From the NCBI GenBank assembly GCA_030141605.1, contig JAQGDQ010000183.1, positions 362,241-426,240 on the forward strand: a stretch of 64,000 bases of DNA, read 5' to 3'. This DNA is from Tubiluchus corallicola (lineage: Eukaryota > Animalia > Priapulida). Below are positions 12,300 through 50,602 of the stretch, in pieces. The notes below the pieces were generated by a model. It had not been told where the DNA came from. It did no database searches and saw only the letters and a list, made by a program, of their open reading frames with translations. Each line of letters starts with the position of its first letter. Positions within the stretch are counted from its first letter, which is position 1. The position numbers and the translations under genes were made by a program.

Positions 12300-13261
12300 G
12301 TGTAATACTTCATATTTCAAGGCCTTGTAATTGTGTAATAAGTAATAATTCAAGACGCTGTTATCTCTCGGGTGCTGACGTATTGTCGACTGGTACGGTC
12401 CAGCTTTTGTCTGTCCAACTTGGGTCGTCCGGTATTAATTGTGCATCGTGTCAGTTGAGCATCGAATTCTTTTCTTAGCTATTCTTGCAAACTTTAGCGA
12501 TTATGAGAGTGCTTAAAACTGAAGTTTCTAACAGTGTAAATGGTTGAAACCTTGCAAAGCCATTTTCATCTGCGATTACAACGGTTGTGAAGCCGGTGAA
12601 TTGAGAATCGCAAGCCGACGTCATTGCGGCAGGACCGGAACGCAGTTAATTACCGATGATAACTGTCTAAGATGAGGCACGGCATATCCGCATTCGTTAC
12701 TAAATGTGATGCGTAACTAGAGGCAGCATAGCAAATGAAACTGCCCAACTGTGATTTTCCCGTCGCACATCTATTGGCTAAACAAGCCCAGTGCTGCTTG
12801 ACTTTTGTTGTCCAGCAAATGGCATGAGTCATGGTTTATTGAGAAAGCTGGCAGTCTCAGTCTGTGCGTATCATTTGTACGGGGCTGTAAATTTGCTCTA
12901 ATGATAATGTACAGTAGCATCACTTACACAATGAACATCATTTTGTCGTGAGCAATAGCTGTTGTTTTTATAGTGCTGCTGTGATTAAATCCCCCCTCCC
13001 CCAACGAGTTGCTGTCGAGAATTTTTGTCAACAGTTGGGCCTACAAGAGTCGCTAGTGTGTCAGCATCCTTTGCAGCAAAACAGAAAGAAAATTTAATGT
13101 ATCAACTTAATCGTGTCATGTGAACAGTAAATGGGAATAACTGATTATGAAAGTTATGAAAGATGCCGATAGAAAGATTATGTTGTTATTGAAATTTGTT
13201 GGATAAAATTTTTATATGAAACTATTTATGTACGTGTTACACATACGAAAGATAAGTAGAG

Positions 13262-13668
13262 TGTACTTTACAAAATGGAATTTACTGCCATCTGGCTTCA
13301 AACAAACTGTTCAATATCAAGGCATCTAAAACAAAGAAATTTACCAGAATTTAGAAACAACATTGAAGTGCAATTCAGTATTTAGATAGCCAAAAGATAT
13401 ATGATATCTTTTATATAGATAATTTATCAATTTACCTTACAGATTACATTAATTGGTTAAATTATCTATGTCATATTATATAGATAATTTAACAATTTAC
13501 CAAATTATCTATATAATGTTTATCATATATCTTTTGGCTATCTAACTACTGAATTGCATTTCAATGTTGTTTCTAAATTCTGGTAAATTTCTTTGTTTTT
13601 AGATGCCTTGATAATGAACAGTTTGTTCGAAACCAGTCGGCAATGAATTCAATTTTAATGTAGTTACA
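13262..13668. repeat. Foldback / long imperfect palindrome
   Basis: About 13275-13405 is the reverse complement of about 13522-13655. Confidence 0.85.
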
Positions 13669-13855
13669 TCTATTTGCCAAATATGGATAATTCAAACTGT
13701 ACTTATATTTCTGTTGCAAAATATACATAATTTTAACATAGTACCACTGTTGTTGTGTTTGTTAGTGTGAGCATATGAATAAACATGTAGTTTGGTTTAG
13801 TACTGTAAAATGTGTACAAACTAACTCTGTCCTTTCAACCCAGAATAATGTAAGG

Positions 13856-14343
13856 CAGAGGTGTGCAAATTATCTGACTAGCTGGGCCACATTAAACATT
13901 CCCACAATTCCTGCGGGCCACAGGCAGTTTGATCAAGGAGCCAAGTACAGAAAGGCCTAATAACGATTTTTTGCATCCGACCTGCGTACATCATTACTAT
14001 TACACTCAAGAAACTATTTTAGAAGTTATTAAAATTTATATTACAAACCATATATTTCTACTTTCAGGACAAATAGTGGTAATTTCATTACAATGCATAT
14101 TAGTAATGTGTATCACACAGTCTGTGTAGTACAGTGACATTAAACTACAACCGTCTTGTAAGGGTTAATGGCATCCGATCTAGTAGAAAAAACTACCCGC
14201 ACTATCTTTGGGATCGTGGCACGGACTTCAGCTGGATACACTCAATTAATCGCCCGGGCCGCACTTTCATTATGTTGACAAATCTCTTCACGGGCCGCAC
14301 AAATTCTCTCGGCGGGCCGCGGGCCGCAATTTGCACACCGCTG
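13856..14343 (+). mobile_element. hAT MITE family A (long form), TSD ATGTAAGG
   Basis: TIRs plus 8-bp TSD. Confidence 0.92.
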
Positions 14344-14504
14344 ATGTAAGGGCTGCAGTCTTCTGAGTTGAAATTACAAAAAACGAGTCACCCAGGATAT
14401 CCACCCACTCAAGCAATATTTTGAATACGGTCATATGTCAATGCATTATAACTACAACCTGTAAATTGTAAAGGTAATACTTGTGCAAACAAACTAACAA
14501 ATAA

Positions 14505-14550
14505 ATCAACACAACAACAACAAAGGCGTTTACGAATTCAAATGTTTAAT
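14505..14550 (-). terminator. Candidate Scm polyadenylation region (implies a 3' UTR of about 3.2 kb)
   Basis: ATTAAA (14545-14550, minus) followed by a GT-rich tract (TTTGTTGTTGTTGTG). Confidence 0.35.
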
Positions 14551-15560
14551 GAAAGTTCGCATAAATAAATCACTGGTAAAAACACGTTTATCAACAGTAC
14601 ACTAGTAAATGCCACGTAAACAATGTAAACAACTATGTAAACAATAGGCCCGTGAACTAGCTAGAAAAAATGACTAATTATTGACAGTATATCACTAGGT
14701 AACGTGACATGTTTTGGCAAGGAATGGAATGTTATTTTGCGTCAAAAACAAATTTTGGTCTAGTTTTTGTAGACGTTTTAGAAACTTCAACAATAACTGT
14801 GGGGATTTGCCGGATTTATGTCACCCACATACTTCTGGGAAGGTCCAATGTCTTATAATTAATATTGCTATAGATGTATATAACTGTTTAATGTGTAGCA
14901 GAAGATACATTGACTGATATGCAAGATTGTTTACACAAACAATTAATTCACATCAAAACTAACATTAAGGCTCTACGAAGAAATGCTCCGCGATATGGAC
15001 ACTATCATACAATGTGAAACCATTGCCTTACTGACACTGCAACCATCAATCCAAAAATCCTACCAATTGCAGCTTAACCATTTCAAAAGAAGGACACGTA
15101 CAACTGCTAGACAATAAAGCATGTTTTCAAAAGGTTTAGGAAACGCCGCAAGACTCCTAACGGGTTCATGCGATTTTTGTGAGTTTACTTGGCTTCAAAC
15201 TAATCGGAATACGTTCATATGTAAATGTTCAACTGTGGGTTTCCTGGAAAAAATATGAGTAACCACGCGCAAACATGTTTAGACAAACATAGAAACACAG
15301 ACAATGCCAAATTGTAAAATTACAGTCATCCGGTCATTGTCTTGAATTTTGAGTACTTTCAAAATCTTGAGTACTTTGAGTACACTCCCTTGCTGACAAA
15401 AGGCCCCATCTTCCACTTACGAAACTGAATTGCGGACAAAAATGATAATTCGCAAATTGTCAAACTGAAAACAAAAACATGAAATAAACACTCTGTTTTC
15501 TGACATTCCTAACACGAAGGCTATGTACACAGACCATTCGGCACCTTGCTGCCTTTTGAC

Positions 15561-15967
15561 TAGGGGTGAGCATTCTCTGCCAGAAAGCGAATTCGAATCG
15601 AACCGAATTTGTGACTTTCGAATTCGAATCGAACCGAACTTCAGTGTTTCGAATTCGAACCGAATTCGAATTGAGATCGAAAGATTTTCGAACAAGTTTT
15701 CGAACCACCAGTAAAAATTAGTCTTACAAAGATCATGCATATCACTAGATTTTGTTCTGCAATAAAACGACTAGTAATTTGTTTAAAATTGTGCACAGAA
15801 ATCACAGCTAAATTATTCTAATTGCACGATGTTTCAATCGTTTTAGTGATAAAGAACATGTGTGATTGAAGTGCTGAATTATTCGAATCTATAGTTTGGG
15901 ATTCGAATCGAGTTCGAACTAAAAAAACTCGTTCGAATCGAATTCGAACGTTCGATGCTCACCCCTA
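15561..15967. mobile_element. hAT MITE with TTCGAA-rich subterminal repeats, TSD CTTTTGAC
   Basis: TIR TAGGGGTGAGCAT/ATGCTCACCCCTA; related remnant at about 10438-10620. Confidence 0.9.
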
Positions 15968-17734
15968 CTTTTGACACACAAGAAATTATTGCAGGCCAAC
16001 ATGGCAATAAAGTTGGTCATTACTAATGTTTCATATTTTCAAAGTTATTCATTAAAGAAGTCAAGACTGCTGTCTCGACCGGATTACGAACTGCACAAAT
16101 GACTATTTTAACCGTTTGCCGATTACGATAAACTTGGATACAAAGAAAATATTGATCAAACGAGAACCAAACAAACGTCACTAGTTAACCGAAGCTCAAA
16201 TTCTGAGGTTTGAAAATGCAAACAATTTAGAAGGAATAATTTATTCAAATAAGAAAGCTTAAATAATAGGTAAAACAAAAGCCAAAACTGCTCAAAAATC
16301 AACACGAAAAGCCAGAGAAATTTACAAACGCAACGATAATACTAAATTTATGTTTACTCGCAAGGAAAATTCTACAGTAATCTAATTAGCAACGTTGAGT
16401 TCGTGAAGAGGATCTCGAAGATTTCAGCATATGAAGAGCACCCGTATTGCTGTTTGCCAGGAGGCAATTCTTAACACATTTAACAATAAGAACTCCATGC
16501 AGTGTCAAGCAGATGTTTAACATTTAGAACGGTTATTATTTGCAGTTTTACTTTTGTGATTAAAGGAACAATCCTTAAATTAGGATAATTCGAAACATTT
16601 ATATTTGTACTTACGCTCTATGCGGTATGGCAGTATCATATGTAATTATTTTGTTGTTGTTATTTCAGCCTGATCATTGCTGCAATATCATAAATAAACC
16701 ACTTTGATTGATTCAGCAAAAACTTCCATAGTTATTTATCGTGAGCAGAAAACATTACTGCATACAAAAAACATGCTCTGTCTATAAATATCTCAAGAGC
16801 TGCTAACAACTGTAATGATTTCAGACAAGCTGTAAATTGTCCCGCTTTAATGCATTTAGAAACAGCGACTCAATGAGGTTAAACAATTTTCTCCAAATTA
16901 TTTTCACGTCTGATCGTAGTCAATCAAGCATGTTATTTGTGGCAGCAAACAGGTGGTAGCATTTTTGTCAACTTTGATTGTGGCACATTTAAAACATTAA
17001 TTCTCTACTTTCACCATACAGTACATAAATATGAATGTTTGTACACATGCATGAAAGTATGAATATACAAAGTACAGGTGCCCGGAAAGTTTTGAAAAGT
17101 AATTAATGTTAATTTGTTTTGGTGAGCCAATACCTCGAAATTTTCACAACAGACGTGAGAATAGTTTATGATGTAGATAGTTAAAGCTCAAAGATGGTAC
17201 GGAAAGTGTTCAGATAACGTTGTCTGTTTCAAATACCCATTCAGCTTAATCTGTGTAGATCAGCGAGTCCACAGTGTGTTTAAGCAAGCAAAGAAGTATA
17301 TAGAAGGGCAGTCTGACTCAGATGACGAGAAACCTTCTCAGCAAACAGACAGCCTTTAATAATTGAAAGTGATTTCAGCGAGTTTTAAGTAAATATAATG
17401 GAGATTCGAGTTTGATGTTTCCGATCACGTGCGGCTAAAAACTTAGTGTCTGAACACATTTCAAGAGAAATTCTCGTGCTGCTTATGTTTAAATTTTAGT
17501 GTGCGAAACGATGCATCATGCAGGTCAGTTGAAGCAGTTTCATTCATTTTCTCTCGGACAAATTAATCGTGTTTGAACTGTAAAACAGGTGTGATAGTTT
17601 TTAGCTACGAATAATCATTTGCTCAGACAAATACCGCGCATTTGAACCAAGCTTTACACTTGCGAGTAAACATAAATTTGTCAGTCTTATCACTGCAATC
17701 TTTGTACAACGACGATGAAGCAGCGCAGATGTTA

Positions 17735-41884
<24,150 letters not shown>

Positions 41885-43467
41885 TATAGGAGACTAGACA
41901 GTTTTAGGCAGAGCTATGAACTCATCAAACCATCTTTAAATTCCTGTAAGAGACAAATACGTAAAATTCCCACATACCGATCATTTTCATCTGACTCGAA
42001 GTAACATTGTGTAAAAATATCAAACACAATTAAAAAAACAAAGAAAATTTTTTAAATAAACAAACGACAATTGAATGAAAACTTCTTACTTTAGCGGTTT
42101 TTCCGCTTACAGCTGTTGGCGGGGTAAAAACGCCCATGCTAATCGTGGGGTGAGTTCAACACAGCCTAGTAATTTTATAATTTAACATATACATAACCCC
42201 AACCTAGTAATTAACCCTCAAATGTCCAGCTGGGGTCAAAAACAGAAAAACAAATTCTCACAACCCGCTTCATCATGCTTTATTTTTGTCTTAGTAAATT
42301 AATCGTTGGAATCGGTTTAATAAGAAAAGGGTCAAATAATTTAACTAATGAAAGCTCTCGAGGCATTCAAAGCAAACCATCCACCAGGTAAATTGCACAC
42401 ATTTCAGGGGTTTATTGTTAGAATAGCCAGGCGAGTGATAGTTATTACGCATGCAAGTGTACACACAGGGTGAATGACACACATAAAGGCTAGTGCACAC
42501 TGGTAAACTCGTTCCAGTATTTCAAATATTACAGGCAGTATAAAATCTGCGAACGGTGTGCCGTAACTACGTAACGTGAAACTATAACAAACAAGCGATG
42601 TAATGAATACAGTAAAAAGCTGGCAATAATGCACATATGCTACTGTTACATGAATTATTTGCCTTACTGATTTGTATTGCATTGTATAACTCAAAGAGAA
42701 AAATAAATTATTTATCTGTTACAGGTACATAAACTGTTTAGTGTTTAAAGTACATCGCAAAAAACTTTCCACAGAAAATTATGTTACTTAACATTACACT
42801 TAGCCGTTTGAAAGACCCACGTAACCAGAAAAGAAAATTCTTAGTAACGTAGAATGCTAGCGCTAACTGGTAAAACATTACTGACTCATCTTCCCAGTAT
42901 GCACCACTGGCTCACCAAAAAACACATTATTAATTTTATTGAAAATATACGGTAATATTTTTGCTTAGTTGTTGAATATGATGCTATGAATGCTCTGATT
43001 ATTTTCTCAAATTTTACACAGATCTATACAAATTTGTTTCAAACGACCTACCATTAAAATGGCTGCGTCTAGCGGTGATCGGGAAGTTTAAATTTACAAG
43101 TTTTATACAGGTTACTGCTACTGCAAGCTCTGTGTGCAATGAGACAGCGTGTAAGTGATATAAAATTTCAAGACGCATTTCGTAAGTTTTATTTATGAAG
43201 AGTGTTTTCTTGTGCTTTAAATTTTTAGTTGCTTCACTTTTCTGTGATGCACGGAGCAAGAACTATGAAGTATGAACTATGAATTTTATTTTCACACATC
43301 GAATACAATATTGTACACATAAATAAACAATAAATAAAATGATTTGAGTAGTGCGAGGTGAGTGTACGACCATACGGTCATTAACACACTCACCTTACTT
43401 AAATGAAAATGAAAAAATTATTAAAGTTATGCGTGCTTTTGTAGATGACTTAATGAAATTGATGTAA

Positions 43468-43900
43468 TAAAGTAAATGATGTAATAATAGCAAGGAAACA
43501 TAAGGAAAACATAATATGTAATTACGATTTTGATATAAATATTGAAATAATTTTGAAATAAAGTAAATGATGTAATAATAGCAAGGAAACATAAGGAAAA
43601 CATAATATGTAATTACGATTTTGATATAAATATTGAAATAATTTTGAAATAAAGTAAATGATGTAATAATAGCAAGGAAACATAAGGAAAACATAATATG
43701 TAATTACGATTTTGATATAAATATTGAAATAATTTTGAAATAAAGTAAATGATGTAATAATAGCAAGGAAACATAAGGAAAACATAATATGTAATTACGA
43801 TTTTGATATAAATATTGAAATAATTTTGAAACAAAGTAAATGATGTAATAATAGCAAGGAAACATAAGGAAAACATAATATGTAATTACGATTTTGATAT
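43468..43900. repeat. 91-bp tandem array x about 5, adjoining a hairpin-bearing retroelement 3' end (43262-43480, minus)
   Basis: Period seen in the repeated ORF starts at 43694, 43785 and 43876. Confidence 0.9.
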
Positions 43901-44897
43901 AGGCTGCGATGAATGAATAATTTCATTTAAATTGATTTATACCTTTTACTAATAAAGTAACAAAGGTCGTAATGGTACCTATTAGTAAAAGAAAAACATT
44001 AGTGCTAAGAAGCTAAGTGCTAAGAAGAACCTTTACAGATGGCAAATTTAGTTAAACTGGATTTGATCGAATCCTTATTTCCATTTGAAATGTAGGAAAA
44101 TTAACACCTTCTAACAGTATCATATGTGCTGCTTGCAAACCAAAGACGTCCACAAGTCGGCATAGTTAAAACTACGTTATGATGCTTCAAAGTAGAATGC
44201 ACCAAAAATTTGGTAAAAACGTCAATTTTTTTGTTTTTTTTTATAAAAACAAATGCTAAATATATTGGACTTTCATATTCTAGCACCAAATTGTCAAGAA
44301 AATGTTAAAAAATACTAGAAATCTAATTTTATAACCCTGTACTCACTTTTCTGTCTAGAAAGAAGTACTACAATTGAGAAAAACTTGGAAGCAATCTTTT
44401 GCTTTGGGTTTTTTCTATTGCCAAGCCCAGCTCTTAGTGAGTAAGAGCCATCTACTGGATTTAAACATAACTTAAATGTGTTTTTGCAAAGTCTGTAGCA
44501 ACTAACATTTGTGTGGTTACTACGTATTTTGTAGAAATATGACAAAAAAACAACTGGCTAACTTTAACAGCGATTTTCTCTAGATCATGTTTTCCAGTGC
44601 AGTTTCAATTTCAATTCGGTCACAAATTGCCACAACAAACACCACGATAATGCAAAAATCTGCATCTGAATATCCTCCTGGCATCTTATAAACTAAACTC
44701 ATCAGCATCACAGACAGATGCAATCAATATCGATGATAAGGATAAGTCCCAGTTTTTCCTACAATTTTCATAGCTGCATTTGTATCGCAATTTTCACAGT
44801 ATAGTCTCAACACCTTGCAAAGATTTACTTGAAATGTTGTGGAAGCCTGAAGCGCCACAAATAATCTTAGACATCAGAAAATGCATAAATATTACAT

Positions 44898-45395
44898 CAG
44901 GGGTGTGCAAATTATCTGACTAGCCGGGCCACATTAAACTTTCCCGCAATTCCTGCGGGCCACAGGCAGTTTGATCAAGGAGCCAAGTACAGAAAGGCCT
45001 AATAACGATTTTTTTGCATCCGACCTGCGTACATCATTACTACTACATTCAAGAAACTATTTTAGAAGTTATTAAAATTTATATTACAAACCATATATTT
45101 CTACTTTCAGGACAGATAGTGGTAATTTAATTACAATGCATATTAGTAATGTGTATCACACAGTCTGTGTAGTACAGTGACATTAACCTACAACCGTCTT
45201 GTAAGGGTAATGGCATCCGATCTAGTAGAAAAAACTACATGCACCAACTTTGGGATCGTGGCACGGACTTCAGCTGGATACACTCAATTAATTGGCTGGG
45301 CCGCACTTCCATTAGGTTGACAAATCTCTTCGCGGGCCGCACAAATTCTCTCGGTGGGCTGCAAGTGGCCAGCGGGCCGCAATTTGCACACCCTG
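44898..45395 (+). mobile_element. hAT MITE family A, TSD TATTACAT
   Basis: TIRs plus TSD. Confidence 0.92.
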
Positions 45396-45714
45396 TATTA
45401 CATAATGACATAAAACATATTTATCTCTTTGCATCAGTAAAAGAAAACGACAATCTATTGTTCTATAAAACCTATCCACGTGAAATTTTAAAGATTTCTG
45501 CCAATACCTTACTCAATTTCTTACTTCAAAACAACCTACTGGCTTACTAATTGCTAAAACATTACAAACAATGGTGTAGTCATTGCAGTGAGACGACAAT
45601 TTTCAACAAGACTCGCATAAGCACTTTTCGTGAAACACAACATTGTATTTTTGCCTGTTGAATATCAGTCGAAGCAAATGTGGCACAGACAATCAAATGC
45701 CAGACCATTTAGTG

Positions 45715-46176
45715 CAGGGATGAGAATGACAAATTGCAAAAAACTCTGAAACAAGCCGGGGGTTTTGGTGCAATTTTGTGACCATAGAGAGCCTCTAAGT
45801 GGACTTAAAATATCAATTACCTTGTTTCATGCATAACTTAAAATACCCAACTATCAAGGATACATGATACCTAATTGTCTCAAAAACGCCTAAGTACTGG
45901 CCGCTCCTATGCAAAAGTATATAAAAACTGCCTGCTTTGACTCAAATAACTCCACACAATTGATTCTATATTTTTATACATAGAGATGTACACGTGGTTA
46001 CACTGATGTACGTGATGTAAACAAAGTGACGGCCTGCCAACTAGCAGTCAGCTTGTGAAATAATGTACTGGGTAAGTAAAAATTTTCTCAACGAACTTAC
46101 GCGATTTACAAAAATGGCACTACTGATCTTCCAAAAACTCGGAATTCCGCGTATCCGTGGAAAATTCTCATCCCTG
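45715..46176 (+). mobile_element. MITE family B, flanked by a CATTTAGTG direct repeat
   Basis: TIR CAGGGATGAGAAT/ATTCTCATCCCTG. Confidence 0.88.
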
Positions 46177-46408
46177 CATTTAGTGTTCAGTTACCCTCTT
46201 GTGCATAATGATCCTTTAGTAAGCATGCAGGCTGCAATTGTAAGTGCGTACTTAAAGGACATTTATCATTTATTTGTCCACTAATGATACCCTGATCCTA
46301 ATCTTGTCACTATAACATTGAGTGTATAGTCAATATAGTCAGAATAATAGTGTGCTTTGTACAGTAAAGCAATCAACAGTAATTTGAATTTAAATTATAT
46401 GCATAACC

Positions 46409-46961
46409 TATGGGTTGCCGACCTTGGGGTCAAGACCCCAGTTGGGGTCGTGAAGAACTTTTCGTGGGGTCACTGGCTAGTCCTTAAAACCTTTTTAAAA
46501 ATGCTGTTTTCACGAAAAGTGCGTAAGTGGGTCTTGTTACCTCAGTCTCTCATTTTGTTCTGGAAAGTGAAACACGTTTTTCCCTCTCTAAATGCGGTAT
46601 GTCAGTGCTTGATTTACCGGGAAAATGAAAATGCACGTTGTTGTATGCTGTACATTTGTGTACTGTGTACACCGCCTGTCGGGTTGAAATAGAATTGGAC
46701 ATGACTGTCGCACCGAATGGACTTGAGCCACACAATGCAAAACTGGTCGCCGAGAAACAGGCGCAACCATCACATTAATTAATTAATGAAGCAGACAATC
46801 TCTCACTGTTCAATAATTTGTTGAATAGTAAATTAAAATTAATAAAAATGAACGATAATGATATTCAACAGTATGACATGTGATTATGTTCTTTGTGGGG
46901 TCGCGATATGATGCAGGGTTCTGGAAAAGAGTCACCATCAACAAAAGGTTGGGAACCACAG
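46409..46961. mobile_element. Degenerate hAT (Charlie-like) MITE, TSD GCATAACC
   Basis: 8-bp TSD; AGGTTGGGAACCAC end. Confidence 0.65.
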
Positions 46962-49879
46962 GCATAACCATTTTAAAGGTTGTTCAGAAAATTACCAACC
47001 CTCTTGTACATGTATACTCCCTCATACTCCTAACTAACTGGTACATGAACTATAATTTCACCAATAATTTTCCTAACTCACACATTTATGCCAGTTATCA
47101 CTTATAATTCACTTATCATTACATCACGATTTTGGGAGCGATAAATTTTGAGATATGTTTGCAAAGTTTTTACACTGTTGTGATTTAATTTTGATCAGAT
47201 TACCCTGCAATTAGAAGTATTTACAATGAACCGAACCACTGGCGGCTCGTGTATACGTACTGTGGTACTGCAGCACCCCCTGTTTTCACTCATTATTATC
47301 GATAATATTCTATATAACAAGTCTTTTTTCTTTAGTTATTTTTAGACTTGTGTGGAACATGAGGGAAGTACAATTTGCTTCACAGCCCAAGCAACATGGT
47401 GTTTGGCTGTTATGCGCACACGGCCAAGCGCATGTGTCTGAGATAACACGCTGTATGCTATCGTCTGCTGCTAGGTAGAAGAGTACTGTGTCTATCACAG
47501 TAACAATTGCCATGTGCTCACAGTGTACCATCATATTCTTGGATGTAAAACTGTGTAATAGTCAATTCTGAAATATCTTATTAATTACTTTGTTAAAATC
47601 AGAAAGCCCCAATAACGATGTGATGTGTACCCAAATTATAGTAAATTTTTCAAATGGACATTATTAATTAAGCTATACATACGCTGGCAGTCCCAGCACT
47701 TGTATTGTAAATAAATTTGTGTTATTACAAAGTGCAAACAAACTTAAACTCAATGTAATTACAATTTTCAAAATGATGCCAAAAACCGTTATTATGGCGT
47801 TAAGTACTTTTTCAAAATGATGCCAAAAATAGTTAAGTACTCACAAAACCGCTTTGCTATTTGCATAGAAACATAAACTGCTAACGGCTGCAGGTTTTCT
47901 CTGTTAATTTTCATTTATAAACAAACATTCCTATTTTAAATATAGTAAAAAGTACTATAACATAATTATACTGGTCTACCGATTTTTTTCAACAACGTTT
48001 ATCGGCAAGATCAGAAATCTTTTTCAATGTTATGCGTTCAAATGCAAGGTCCCCGGCCAGTCCACCACAGAATTTATGAAATTCCTCACTTCACTTTGGC
48101 CGGCTGGTGAAACGCTGAAAACCTAAGAACCAGTCACGCACTATATTTTTTAATTATGCGTAAAAATGCAAGTAAGTAAGTATCTTTATTTATCACCATT
48201 TTTACAAGAAAAACACAGAGCATGAAACGATAATATGATACAAAGTGACAAGATTATTAAATGAATAAATTATCTGAGTTAATGATATTCAAGTGATTGG
48301 TGAAAGGCTGGCGAAAAACTAAAAGTTACCAAGGTCAACCACCCTGGAAGCACAAAGCTAATCCAAATGGCACTCTACTGTTCTGTGCTAACATAATATT
48401 TATGCACTTAAGATTATTCTTGTTAAAGTAGCTGCTAGTAAAGGTATTATAGCCAGTAAACAAAGCACTACGTGGAACAAACGGCTCGCTTCACATGGTG
48501 CATAAAATGCAGCACATAGTGAGGCATGTTACCTAAACATACTGTAAAATAAAAAAATATTCATGTATTTTAGCCAGTCCCATACTTGCATACCTGCAAA
48601 TCAACGTTAAGTACTTATTCATGGCCTGCCTTTACAAAGACCGATTTGCTCTTTGCATAGAAGCAGGAACTGCTAATGGTTGCAGGTTTTCTTAGTTAAT
48701 TATCATTTAGAAACAAACATTCCTATTTTACTATCTCATTATTATCACTAATGTCACTATCTCTGACAAGCCACTTGGCACTTGACCAGAAGGGCAACTT
48801 TTCATGCCATTGGAAGCCTGCTTGCCAACACGTGCACTTCCTCATATAATGCTATATACTTGAAACCTAAAGTTGCTAGTATCATGTTGCAGTCCAATTC
48901 AAATGGTACCCTGCTCAAACAGTTTATTGTCCAAATTATATATGTTTCTAAATAACCCATGTGTCCTATCTACCTCTTGTCCAGATGAGTTATATACTTA
49001 AATCACTTATTGTCCAAATGGGTTATGTGTGTATGCGCTGAACATGCCCAAAACACCAAACGTCCAAATGTCTTACGTGTCCAAAATATCTAGCATGTCA
49101 ATGGCCCATGTGATCAAATAGTTCACTTGTCCAAATAACTTACGTAGCAAACTGCTTTGAGTCGAAATGACCTGTGTCCGAATGCATCTGCATAAAAAGA
49201 TCAGTTATTGTCATTTAAAACTCCCAAAGTTGATAACTATTATTTTCAAATTTAGACACTTTCGATAATAATGACCGTGAAATGCTTTACTCAATTACAT
49301 TGTATTTAAGTGATCAGATGACTTCCAAACTTATTATTGTTGTTTTGTTATTATTATTATTAATTTATTAGCATTATTAATTTTTGTTATTATTATTATT
49401 GTTTTTTGTTTTTATTAATGACGAAAATTGGCTGCGGATAACGTGCTTCGTTCATGATGCTCTTTACTATTGCTTAATCATACATTGCCCTCACACGTTT
49501 TCTTCCATAAAAATAGTTTCATTAATGGCTAATTTGTATTCTATTACACGTGTGAAATAAATACGTCTTATATTTTATATTGCGAAATTCGGACAAACCC
49601 GAACAAACACTCTGATATATGTCAACAATATGGATGTCAACATCATAATTTCTTTCTTTGAAAAGATTTCTTCTATTGTACTGAAGAATTCTGTGCTATT
49701 CGAGTTATTTCACGTGCTACAATAGTTATGTATGACAATTTCGGTTAATTGTTTAAACACACAGTTAAAAGTCCATGATCTTGTAATTAATTTAATATTG
49801 CGAAGTGCAGGTATTTAAGCAAATTACGGCTATAGGGCGCACAGTACGCCATTAGCCGAAGTAGAATTTTGCGGAAAAC

Positions 49880-50600
49880 CAGTGTTGTACATGGGCAGCC
49901 CAAGTAAGGCACTGGCGATTTCTCTCACTCTCTTAACTTTACCTTGAAAATTCTGTGAATTCCTCATTTTATGACAAATTGTGCTTGTTGGCTGAGTTGC
50001 CGTCATGAAAACTTGCTTGACCAGGTGTTTGATTCAGGCCAGCATGCTGTACGTTGGCATTGTAGGGCACATAGCTCGCTAGCCCGTTTACTTGGGAGAA
50101 AACAATTATTTGATAAAGAAGTAGTGAAATGGATCACCTGTCTGTGAAGCGAGGCAAAATAAAAAATGATATACCTTAAAACCAACTGTTGGAATCGCCT
50201 AAAAAGCAGCCTTATTGCAAAAAGATTAATCAGATTTAATATTGCTTGTTCGATTAGGTCAGAATGAATAAGATTCTTTTATCTTACCAGATGTATAATA
50301 AATAATTTGGAGCGACATTTTCAATTATTGTTATTATTGGCTTGAATAAACAAGGACAACGGATGCTGCCACTACGGTTAACAACTCATTTCGTGAACTG
50401 TCTCTCCTGTACTACTTGGGTAGTCCGTGTACGACACGTCCTACTTGGGCTAGCCCATGTACGGCAAATGTCCTATTTCGGCTAGTGTCATTCTCTGCTC
50501 TTGACAAAGGCAGCATATCACATAATTAAGATTTTTATTTGGGAACCTCCTCGTTGTTGTTCAACATGCCGGCTGCATTAAGGCTCCACAAGGTCTAATT
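49880..50600. promoter_or_regulatory. Probable bidirectional promoter and 5' UTR exons of Scm (-) and LSm6/EXOSC7 (+)
   Basis: Unique sequence between divergent genes; minus-strand donors AAG|gtaaag (49943) and CTG|gtaag (50288); possible plus-strand donor AAG|gt (50592). Inference only. Confidence 0.35.
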
Positions 50601-50602
50601 TC

